Shown here one piece after another: positions 9,093-19,217 of a DNA stretch of 64,000 nt (position 1 is its first letter; each line of letters opens with the position of its first letter). The stretch is from Amoebidium appalachense (taxonomy: Eukaryota; Protista; Ichthyosporea): positions 4,285,167 to 4,349,166 of the forward strand of contig CAVNZM010000005.1 of assembly GCA_963693365.1 (NCBI GenBank), in the 5' to 3' direction. A program made the translations under genes and the position numbers. Below the pieces are notes generated by a model that had not been told where the DNA came from, ran no database searches, and saw nothing but the letters and a program-made list of their open reading frames with translations.

Positions 9093-9480
9093 CCCCACCG
9101 CACCCACCATGAATCCTATAGATGTGAATGTGTGGCCTACTGCCCACACCACACCACCACAACTATGTTTCCCCACTGCACCCACCACGAACCCTATAGA
9201 TGTGAATGTGTGGCCTACTGCCCACACCACACCACCACAACTACGTTTCCCCACTGCACCCACCACGAACCCTATAGATGTGAATGTGTGGCCTACTGCC
9301 CACACCACACCACCACAACTACGTTTCCCCACCGCACCCACCACGAACCCTATAGATGTGAATGTGTGGCCTACTGCCCACACCACACCACCACAACTAC
9401 GTTTCCCCACCGCACCCACCACGAACCCTATAGATGTGCCTACTGCCCACACCACACCACCACAACTACGTTTCCCCCAC
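9093..9480. repeat. 78-bp tandem repeat, ~5 copies
   Basis: Unit CCCCAC.GCACCCACCACGAACCCTATAGATGTGAATGTGTGGCCTACTGCCCACACCACACCACCACAACTACGTTT; last copy has a 9-bp deletion. Confidence 0.95.
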
Positions 9481-9500
9481 CGTATCGGGCCATTGCAACC

Positions 9501-9560
9501 TCACGGCTTCTGCATCCGATAGTCCACCATCTCACGTTTCAAAATAGGGAGGTCGAGCTG

Positions 9561-9639
<79 letters not shown>

Positions 9640-9813
9640 CGTGTGTGCGTGTGCGTGCGTGTGTGTTACACTGTTAGACCGATAGATTAGGTGCCTTTGT
9701 GCCGTGTGTGTGTATGTGTGTGCCCGAATGCCTTTGTGCCGTGTGTTTGCTTAAGTGCATGTGTGCATGTGTGTGTGCATGTGTGTGTGCATGTGTGTGT
9801 GCATGTGTGTGTG

Positions 9814-9850
<37 letters not shown>

Positions 9851-12800
9851 GCGTGTGTGTTACACTGTTAGACCGATAGATTAGGTGCTTAATAGTTAAT
9901 CCCCCAAACTACTTTGATACCGGGGGTGTAATGGTGTGTGTGTAACTACTTTGATACCAATAGATTGTTTCAACTACCTTCAGACCAACGAATTGTCTCG
10001 TTTTTTTTTTTTTTGGGGGGGGGGGGTGTGGGGGTTGTACCTCGAATGTCTCGTTTTGGCGATCGGGGCATGTGCAAAACGGGGGTACCTTCCCGTTCAA
10101 ATGTTCCAACCAATCACGAGTTGCAAAGTTGACCGCCTCGGCAAGGTGGGCGCCAGAGGCGAACCCCATGTGGTAGGCCCCAGGCAGGGTGTAAATAAGG
10201 TCGCCCGGCCTTTGCTCTGCATGGTAGACGTGGATGCTCCTTTTTTCAAACAGCCTCGGGTTCACAAAAATATTCTGTCCCACCCCGGGTGTAAGCACAT
10301 GATAGTGTGCATGTGTGTGCCCGAATGCCTTTGGGTGTTCATGTGTGTGCCCGATGCCTTTGTGCCGTGTGTTTGCTTAAGTGCATGTGTGTGCCCGAAT
10401 GCCTTTGTGCCGTGTGTGTGCATGTGTGTGCCCGATGCCTTTGTGCCGTGTGTTTGCTTAAGTGCATGTGTGTGCCCGAATGCCTTTGTGCCGTGTGTGT
10501 GCATGTGTGTGCCCGAATGCCTTTGTGCCGTGTGTGGTGCATGTGTGTGCCCGAATGCCTTTGTGCCGTGTGTGTGCATGTGTGTGCCCGAATGCCTTTG
10601 TGTCGTGTGTGTGCATGTGTGTGCCCGAATGCCTTTGTGCCGTGTCTTTTGCTTAATTTGGCTGCTTACCTTATGCATCATGAACCCAGGGCACGGCTTC
10701 TTGGACTTTGCATCCGGATGGATATCCCGAAGGACCCTTTCGACACGATCTCGACTGCCAGGGCTAATCGAATACCAGTGTTTTCCGTGCGGACCGTCAA
10801 CCATTAGGTTGAGACTGCCGAAGGCAGCATCCTCTGGATGTGGGCCGAACAAACCAAGATAGCGGGACCTGCAAAAGATTGAAACAAAGTCGATTCGATT
10901 AGAGGTCGGGAGGGTGAGTGAGGACGGGAAATCTGTGCGGGCAAGTGAACTATTCTGAATTCTTGTGTGGATATGGGGTAGTCAATTCAAAATTAGAGGT
11001 CGGGAGGGTGAGTGAGGACGGGAAATCTGTGCGGGCAAGTGAACTATTCTGAATTCTTGTGTGTGGATATGGGGTAGTCAATTCAAAATTAGAGGTCGGG
11101 AGGGTGAGTGAGGACGGGAAATCTGTGCGGGCAAGTGAACTATTCTGAATTCTTGTGAGGATTTTTTTTTTTTTTTTTCGGGGGGGGGGGGGGGTAGTAC
11201 TTGTAAAACATGGGAATGCATATCCCGTCGAGGTGCTGGTATTCATGGATGCGATGAAGAACAGAGTCCAATGTCCTTAAATTGGGCATCCATTTGTAGG
11301 TCTCGCTGACCACCTGAATGGGCATGCACTTAGCTACATAGCTACGGTCCGGAGGCATGGTGCAACTATACAAACGATGCAATGTGCGGGATTGGGGGTC
11401 ACAAAGGGGAGGTTGCAAGTGCTGAAATGGTGTGCAGAGCAACTTCGCCCGCTTACCTCGCTGGGGGTGCGTGTGCCAGGTGGAATGCTGTGCTCGTTGG
11501 CGTAGTGGAATTCAAACACAGGTTTCCCCAACTGATTCCGTTCCTCGGGACGGCTTTCAGGCCAATGGTCGTCCAGCATGTCCCAAAACTCTCTCTCGGA
11601 CAACGATGCATTGCCCTAATTCACGGGTTGCAATGTTAGTATAATGTTTAGTCAGGGCATGCGAGGCCGGGGCGTGCAGAAAGTGTCTCTCGGCAGGCCA
11701 AGTTTTAAAATCACGCAAACATTGCTAAGTGTGAGGCCGGGGCGTGCAAAAACAAGCCAAGTAAATTCATGCAAACATTGCTAAGTGTGAGGCCGGGGCG
11801 TGCAAAAAGTGTCTCTCGGCAGGCCAAGTAAATGCAAACATTGCTAGGTGTGAGGCTTCCTCTCCATCCAAAACTCAAGTAACACACCTGTGGGGCCGGT
11901 AGGTTACCGTGGTCCAGTTCATGCGTCAGAGCATATACGTCTTTGTTTTCTGTTGCCTGCAGATTTTGTACGTTGTGGGGTCTGCCGGGCAAATCCAGCT
12001 CCTGGGATGCTGCTGCCAGTGCCTCCTTCACCTCCTCGGGTAGGACTAGCCTCGCAGCCCCCGCCCTCCTCACGTCGTCATACTTGCCGATTTTGTACAG
12101 GAACTGCTCCAGTGTGTACCTCTCCAATATGTCAGGTGTCAAGCGAAAGGTTGGAATACGTCTGGAGATGATGGGTGTCGTGGACCGGGGCGATTGGGGT
12201 TCGACTGGGAACTTCTCTTCCTGCTCTGTGTGTGGTGGGTGGTGTGTGTAAATATTGGGAGTTGTGTGTGTGCATGTGTGTGCCCGAATGCCTTTTTGTG
12301 TGTGCATGTGTGTGCCCGAATGCCTTTGTGTGTGTGCATGTGTGTGCCCGAATGCCTTTTTGTGTGTGCATGTGTGTGCCCGAATGCCTTTGTGTGTGTG
12401 CATGTGTGTTCCCGAATGCCTTTTTGTGTGTGCATGTGTGTCACCGAATGCCTTTTTGTGTGTGCATGTGTGTGCCCGAATGCCTTTGTGTGTGTGCATG
12501 TGTGTGCCCGAATGCCTTTGTGTGTGTGCATGTGTGTGCCCGAATGCCTTTGTGTGTGTGCATGTGTGTGCCCGAATGCCTTTGTGTGTGTGCATGTGTG
12601 TGCCCGAATGCCTTTTTGTGTGTGCATGTGTGTCACCGAATGCCTTTTTGTGTGTGCATGTGTGTGCCCGAATGCCTTTGTGTGTGTGCATGTGTGTGCC
12701 CGAATGCCTTTTTGTGTGTGCATGTGTGTCACCGAATGCCTTTGTGTGTGTGCATGTGTGTGCCCGAATGCCTTTTTGTGTGTGCATGTGTGTGCCCGAA

Positions 12801-13005
12801 TGCCTTTGTGTGTGTGCATGTGTGTGCCCGAATGCCTTTTTGTGTGTGCATGTGTGTCACCGAATGCCTTTGTGTGTGTGCATGTGTGTGCCCGAATGCC
12901 TTTTTGTGTGTGCATGTGTGTGCCCGAATGCCTTTGTGTGTGTGCATGTGTGTGCCCGAATGCCTTTTTGTGTGTGCATGTGTGTGTGTGTGTGTGTGTG
13001 CATGT

Positions 13006-13056
<51 letters not shown>

Positions 13057-13790
13057 CAACCTGCAGGCGGCGCCAGCCTCGATAGTGGGCTTGCTACCGC
13101 CGCAAATCTGGCCGAGAAATTGTTAAGACGAAGACGTTTGGCAGCCCACAAGGTGGCAGCCTTCTGGAGAGAAGGGAGTCTGATATAACGAACCCCGCCA
13201 AAAAACAGAACGCAATCACGGTCCGTCATGTTTGTTCGAATTGTGTGACTGAGTTCGAGTCTGTGTGTTGGGTCGTCGTTTATGGAAAGGGAATCCCCCT
13301 TTTCGGGTATTGGGCATGTTCTGAGAAGGTAGAGTAACTTGGCAAGGGTAGGGGTATCCTCGTTGTATTCAGGGCCCGCAGCAAACGTGAACCCGGAGTC
13401 GATTGTCTTTCTGTGTATGTCGGCATATGCCCCCAAATCGTAAACTTCCCAGTCTTTCCCCCCCTGTCTCAGAATTTTCATTACGTTTCCTGGTATCTTT
13501 CCGGCTATGAACTTTTCCTCCCTAATTTTCCAGCCTGACTGCTCTCCTTTCTTGCCTTTTTTGAAAAACATAAGAATTTCGTGTTGCTCGTCCTTGTGTA
13601 GAATGGAGAGCCTGACAGGATAATCGGCAGTTTTGTTTCCCACCAAAACGATGCGTTCTATAGCGTGGACCCGCCCATGTGCAAAAACGTTGTGTGCATC
13701 GAAAGAGGTGGAAAAATGAAAAGTTGCACGTTTAGCATATGGGTAGGCTTGTGTTGTGCCGAGCCATTCTTGAAAATCGGAACCGGCCAT
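9501..13790 (-). CDS. KDM4-like JmjN/JmjC histone lysine demethylase, 7 exons, ~609 aa, with unknown N-terminal region
   Basis: Exons 13790-13061, 12225-11888, 11615-11457, 11313-11201, 10868-10670, 10274-10041, 9557-9501 join in frame at GT-AG sites. JmjN IPTFRLT...[11 protein letters not shown]; Jmj[18 protein letters not shown] (HxE), [45 protein letters not shown]. The last exon and the exon 1 junction are less certain than the JmjN/JmjC core. Confidence 0.85.
10305..10645. repeat. Minisatellite in demethylase intron 5 (GTGCCCGAATGCCTTTGTG family)
   Basis: Repeated CATGTGTGTGCCCGAATGCCTTTGTGCCGTG; same family as intron 1 and 9690-9760. Confidence 0.9.
10898..11158. repeat. ~95-bp tandem repeat, ~2.7 copies, demethylase intron 4
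   Basis: ATTAGAGGTCGGGAGGGTGAGTGAGGACGGGAAATCTGTGCGGGCAAGTGAACTATTCTGAATTCTTGTG starts at 10898, 10992 and 11088. Confidence 0.95.
11660..11856. repeat. Degenerate repeat in demethylase intron 2 (GCTAAGTGTGAGGCCGGGG)
   Basis: About four partial copies; reverse complement of the motif arrayed at 16.7-17.0 kb. Confidence 0.85.
12263..12990. repeat. ~32-bp minisatellite, ~22 copies, demethylase intron 1
   Basis: Unit TGTGTGTGCATGTGTGTGCCCGAATGCCTTT(TT/G). Confidence 0.97.
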
Positions 13791-13840
13791 GTTAATATAA
13801 TGGTTTGTGCGTGAGCGAATTGTGGTTTGTGTGCAAGCGA

Positions 13841-14041
13841 GTAGTAGAAAATCTGTCGGGGTAAAAGGAAGTTTTGCTGTGGCTAAAAATGTGTAGCGCT
13901 AAGACGTGTAGTAGAAAATCTTTCGGGGTAAAAGGAAGTTTTGCTGTGGCTAAAAATGTGTAGCGCTAAGACGTGTAGTAGAAAATCTTTCGGGGTAAAA
14001 GGAAGTTTTGCTGTGGCTAAAAATGTGTAGCGCTAAGACGT
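13841..14041. repeat. 67-bp tandem repeat x3 just upstream of the demethylase ATG
   Basis: GTAGTAGAAAATCT.TCGGGGTAAAAGGAAGTTTTGCTGTGGCTAAAAATGTGTAGCGCTAAGACGT at 13841, 13908 and 13975. Confidence 0.95.
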
Positions 14042-15295
14042 GACAGACTGTTGCCGGAAGTGAGAGACTGTAGAACCGACGGGTTTGTTCAAGTGCACGC
14101 TTGGTCAAATAATTCGAGCATTGGTAATCGAAGTAGGGCAAAAATGTGTACCCACATATATGTATTTCAATCACTGTCTCGGCCACCGATACCCGTTGCA
14201 GTTAGGCTACCACAATGCGAAGATTTGAGATTATTTTTATTGTATGTGTTTATTTTGTGTACTGTACTTATCCATAAATATATCTTAATACAGCGTCAAT
14301 AGAAGGCACTGCGTTACAGGCACATCGATGTTTGCTTTGAAAAGCCTTGCCCCCCTCCAGACAGTTCTCAGAAGTTCACGTGATCCACGAGATACCTCAA
14401 TTGCTGTCCAACCAATCAAAAAGACACATGACCCCAATCGCTGTCCAGCCAATCAAAAGGATCCTGAATTCGCGGGTCTTCTGTGTACATATTGTGTATA
14501 AACAAAATCATTAATACTTCATTGTAATGATCTTATCCAGAGAAGTATAATTTTGAATTTTAATAGATTTGATTGTGATAAAAGAGGGTTTTTATAATCG
14601 TTTTGACAGTGGGCGTTAAAAAAAACGGAATAATTCAAAAGCCATCTCACCGGAGGGGGGGGGCAAAAAGGGGTGATATTCGAATGACCCGCGGCAACGG
14701 CATCCATGTTGATGTTTTTTGTTCGTTGTACACAAGACTTGAATGAAATAAATAAAATTATGTAGAAAAACACTTGAATTTTGCATTGATTGTGATGAGT
14801 TTTTTAAGAATCCTTTTCACCGGGGCATTAAAATTGTGAAAATGCCCCAACCAATCCAAGGGCATGCGCATCTTCTAGAAAGCCCATGCCAGAGCTACCC
14901 AAAACAAGATGCAGTTGTACCTGTTCGCGCTGTTCCCTATGAATTTATTTTCCATGTTGAGCCAAAAACATTACAAGTAAAAAAAAACCTAAAAAAAGCA
15001 GTCAAGCCAATTCACGTACTCATAATTTGGACAATCGTCCCGAATCGATCCCCCATTTCGATCCGCGAGTAAGATGTCTGTTGGAGCTGGGGCTATAAAA
15101 AGGCAGTCTAACTGATTTGGGGGTCATTTGTCGATCAAATCCTTTCACGCTGTCTAAACCTTACTCGAGGCAAAAATTCCTTTCTTTTGTTCTTGACCCT
15201 TTTGTTCTTAACCTTAAGCGTTACCGATTGGGGTTTCTCATTTCGATCACTCTCACCTCGAAAATCCTTTCTTTTGTTTTTGAGCGTTACTAGTC

Positions 15296-15949
15296 ATGTC
15301 AGAGCCCAAGTCTCCGCATAGTCAAGGGGGTGGGGAGGGGGGTGAGGGGGAAAAGACCTTCCGTGTTACCCCCGAGATGTGGGACGAGCTTCGTCAGGTC
15401 TATGTCACCCCCGAGATGTGGAACGAGCTTTGCAATCGGGTCAATGTTGTCGAGGAGCAGCTCAAGTCGTTGTCCGTCGACGTCGAGAAGGTTTCGGGGA
15501 AAGTTGTTCGCCAGAACGAAGCTCTGCAACGCCAGAACGAGGCTCTACAAGAGTCTGCAGCATCAAGTGCGAATGAAGCACAAGAATTGCTCCATCGTAT
15601 GTCCCGTGGGTACGGTAATGTAGCGGGGCTTGTGCAGCAGCTGAAGGAGACTCGGGATGCTCTTCAGGCAAGGGAGGTCGAGTTGGCGAGCGTGAGGGCC
15701 ACGGCTGAAGAGTACAGGCTTCAGCGTGACAGGCTGTCTGCATGTATCGACGAAAACCCGATGAGTTCTGTGTACAACCCCTCCGACCAGACCCACCGCA
15801 AGCCCCCTCCCCCCCGGCCGGCTCAACAAAGCCCCCTGCCCCTCCCGGCCGGCTCAACAAAGCCCCCTGCCCCTCCCGGCCGTGTCGTTCCGGGACCCCC
15901 CCCCCGCGCTTTTGGGTACCCCTCGCACCACCACCCCGAAGGGTGGTAA
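15296..15949 (+). CDS. Hypothetical coiled-coil protein with Pro-rich tail (possibly the first exon of a longer gene)
   Basis: 217-aa ATG ORF, heptad-rich, internal duplications (VTPEMWDEL/VTPEMWNEL; RQNEALQ x2), TATAAAA at 15094-15100. The stop lies within a donor-like TG|GTAAG. Confidence 0.6.
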   Translation: MSEPKSPHSQGGGEGGEGEKTFRVTPEMWDELRQVYVTPEMWNELCNRVNVVEEQLKSLSVDVEKVSGKVVRQNEALQRQNEALQESAASSANEAQELLHRMSRGYGNVAGLVQQLKETRDALQAREVELASVRATAEEYRLQRDRLSACIDENPMSSVYNPSDQTHRKPPPPRPAQQSPLPLPAGSTKPPAPPGRVVPGPPPRAFGYPSHHHPEGW

Positions 15950-16062
15950 GAGAGGCAGTGACGATGTCGAGCATGACCCCAAGAGACACGCGCCCAGCAA
16001 GTAGTGTGTGGTGGGTGGGGGGTGTTTGGGGTATAGTTTTTGCAAGCAAACTGGGTGTATTG

Positions 16063-16098
<36 letters not shown>

Positions 16099-16129
16099 CA
16101 AACAACCGAGTGTATTTTTTGGGAGAGGG

Positions 16130-16839
16130 GAGCCACAACGGATGTATTTCGATACTATGTAAAACTTATGCAGTGGAAATACAGATAAATATATTACATT
16201 AAGAAGACACGTGTGCCACCACGGATGTATTTATTTTGTAAAGCTCAGTGGAAATACAAATAAATATATAAGCACGTGTTGCCCCCCGGCCTCACACGGA
16301 TGCATTTACTTGGCCCCCGGATTCACCAGCCTCGCACTAAGCATTATTTGCATGCACGGATGCATTTATTTGCCCCCTCCCCCCTCCCCCCTCCCCGGTC
16401 TCTAGCATTATTTGCATGCACGGATGCATTTATTTGCCCCCTCCCCCCCTCCCCCCTCCCGGTCTCTAGCATTATTTGCATGCACGGATGCATTTATTTG
16501 CCCCCTCCCCCCTCCCCCCTCCCGGTCTCTAGCATTATTTGCATGCACGGATGCATTTATTTGCCCCTCCCCCCTCCCCCTCCCGGTCTCTAGCATTATT
16601 TGCATGCACGGATGCATTTATTTACCCCCTCCCCCCCCTACCCCTCCCGGTCTCTAGCATTATTTGCACACACGGATGCATTTTTTGTTTCACTTTTTGC
16701 ATCCCCCGGCCTCACACTTAGCATATATATTTGGCCTCCCGGCCTCACACTTAGCATATATATTTGGCCCCCCGGCCTCACACTTAGCCTATATATTTGC
16801 CCCCTCCCGGCCTCACACTTAGCATATATATGTGGCCTG

Positions 16840-16878
<39 letters not shown>

Positions 16879-17061
16879 TTTGCATCCCCCGGCCTCACAC
16901 TTAGCATATATATTTGGCCTCCCGGCCTCACACTTAGCATATATATTTGGCCTCCCGGCCTCACACTTAGCATATATATTTGGCCCCCCGGCCTCACACT
17001 TAGCATTTATATTTGCCCCCTCCCGGCCTCACACTTAGCATTCACATCTGCCCTGCCTGCC

Positions 17062-17101
<40 letters not shown>

Positions 17102-17190
17102 GAGAGAGACTTTTTGCCCCCCCCCCCCCCCTCCCCCCGTGCCCCCCGTGCCCCCCGTGCCCCCCGGAACCACGCCCGGGCAGTGTCTTT

Positions 17191-17225
<35 letters not shown>

Positions 17226-17960
17226 TGCCAGCAAGGCCCCCCCCCCCCCCCCCCCCCCCCCGTGCCCCCCCGGAACCAACTGTGAGGCCCCCGCCAGTCT
17301 CCTCCGCCTCCTCCGCCCCCCCGGCCCCCCAGCCTCCCCCTGCTCCCCAGCCCCCCTGCTGCCGGAACCACGCCCCCAGTGGTGGCATTTAGTTAGGTGT
17401 ATATACGAATACACGTGCCTCCCCCTCCCCCCAGCCCCCCTGCTGCCGGAACCACGCCCCCAGCGGTGCCATGCTTCCCCCACTCTCCCCAGCCCCCCCT
17501 GCACGTGTGCCTCCCAGCCCCCCTCCTCCCGGAACCACGCCCCCAGCGGTGCCATGCCGCCCCCACTCTCCCCAGCCCCCCTGCACGTGTGCCTCCCCCT
17601 CCTCCCGGAACCAGGCCCCAGTGGTGGCAGCATATGCCTTTATTAGTCAAACAGAGCCACCAGAAACTTGCACCACTCTGGTGCCTCATGCACATCTACC
17701 TGCTGCACAGGCAACATGCTCTATGCATACATAATACTTTCTCACTGTGGGTGGCTCGCCAGTCTCGCCCTCCTTGCCCTCCTCGCCAGCATGTGTGCCT
17801 CACATATCCGCCCTCTTGCTGGCCTGCCGGAACCACGCCCCCAGTGGTGCCATTCCCCAGCGGTGCCATGCCTCCCCCACTCTCCCCAGCCCCCCTGCAC
17901 GTGTGCCTCCCCTCCCCCCCTGCTGCCGGAACCACGCCCCCCAGTGGTGGCAGCCAGTGC
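16130..17960. repeat. Compound minisatellite region (~57-bp, ~32-bp and ~80-120-bp units with GA/CA/C tracts)
   Basis: CCCGGTCTCTAGCATTATTTGCATGCACGGATGCATTT (16340-16685), CCCGGCCTCACACTTAGCATATATATTTGG (16704-17040), CCGGAACCACGCCCCCAG.GGTG (17160-17950). Confidence 0.9.
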
Positions 17961-17984
17961 CTTACATACTAATCTATTCTATGG

Positions 17985-18074
17985 CCACATGGCCAGATGG
18001 CCAGATTGTTTTGACTTCAGGTGGATCCCCCCCTGCTCACAGACTGAATTTGATCTGGCCATCTGGCCATGTGG
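17985..18074. repeat. Perfect 22-bp inverted repeat with 46-bp spacer
   Basis: CCACATGGCCAGATGGCCAGAT (17985-18006) and ATCTGGCCATCTGGCCATGTGG (18053-18074). Confidence 0.9.
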
Positions 18075-18274
18075 GTATAAACCGTTTTCTGTTCTAATAT
18101 TGGAGAACTGTCGATAGTGATAGAAAATGTCATTGGAAGAACAATCGGGAAGGTCATCACGTGATAGATATTTGGAAGTGATCTACTGGAAAGAGCGAAG
18201 CAAGTGGGTTGTCGGCGCTTTAGTTTCGCTAACACTGTGCGACATTCCGATTGGCAGATTTGGAGAGCAAAAGA

Positions 18275-18575
18275 ATCCCCCAAAATTCATATGTGTGGGG
18301 CGAGTCGTATGTGTGTAACAGCGGATTTACGATCTTCTGTTTTCGACATTTAGGCTACGTAAAATTCCGTTACAGACATAGGATTGCATGTTGTTCTACA
18401 TATAGTAGAAATCAATAAATTCACACGAAATATGGGTATTTTGGTATAACGAGGCCCATTTTTTTGTAGCTACTTGTTACATACTGTTACACACATTTGG
18501 AAATGGGGTCTAAAATTCCCGGGAGCGCAGGTACGGACATACGATCGCCCCCACCAATTAGAAGTGTTGGGGGAT
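18275..18575. mobile_element. Possible ~300-bp MITE-like element with imperfect ~38-bp terminal inverted repeats
   Basis: ATCCCCCAAAATTCATATGTGTGGGGCGAGTCGTATGT vs reverse complement of 18537-18575, ATCCCCCAACACTTCTAATTGGTGGGGGCGATCGTATGT. No clear target-site duplication. Confidence 0.35.
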
Positions 18576-19217
18576 CCAGCAAAATAATTCAAATTGATTG
18601 TTGATTGGACCCTTACCATCGCATGGACACGATTGGCTGGCCTAGGTGGGTGTCATAACAGTGCGAGTACATACAGCAGGCGGTTTACACACTTTTTATT
18701 GCGTGGACACTGCCGGAGGCCCAGCCAGCAGTAGACAGTAATACACTACTACCTACAGTAGCCTTACTGTAGTAAGAGTAGGCCAGAAAGTCTGCACTCG
18801 CGAGTGTTTTTTTTTTTGCGAAAACGAAAACTAATTCTTCTTTCAAATTTGCACATACGGGTCGTGTTAGTTCGGCATCATAGTATTATCTAGCAGAGGC
18901 TTGGGATCACCGTGACAGCTTGGTGACACGCATCCAGACTAATATATTGGGCTGCAGTACCTGAAAAGGTCGTTCAGACGTTTTGGCTTCATTTTAGAGA
19001 GACACGACTTAAACCGAGCAGACTATTGTCTCACGGTGATGCCCTCACTAGTACAGGGGGTACTGAGTGGCGGCCGACAACACAAAACCCAGCGGCCCGT
19101 CGCTTTCCAATTTTGCGCACATTTCACAGACTTCCAAAATACAGTAGCCACTACCGAGCATTTCGGTGGGGGTTTGAGACCCAAATTGTAACTAAAGAGA
19201 ACTGAGCACTAATAACA

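Noticed and set aside
8928-9563. His/Cys/Thr-rich repeat protein on the + strand
   Set aside because: Mostly translation of the 78-bp repeat and overlaps the predicted last demethylase exon in antisense. Not excluded, but unsupported.
9909-10298. Stand-alone short JmjC ORFs or pseudogene fragments
   Set aside because: The fragments join in frame through canonical GT-AG introns into one gene.
11711-13188. Long Cys/Val- or His/Thr-rich ORFs (metallothionein-like)
   Set aside because: Translations of the 32-bp intronic minisatellite. The same applies to the many CVCV/HTHT/ERER/PPPP/GGGG ORFs from 16 to 64 kb.
15296-15949. Retrotransposon gag/ORF1
   Set aside because: Coiled coil and Pro-rich tail are compatible, but there is no zinc knuckle, pol ORF or LTR nearby.
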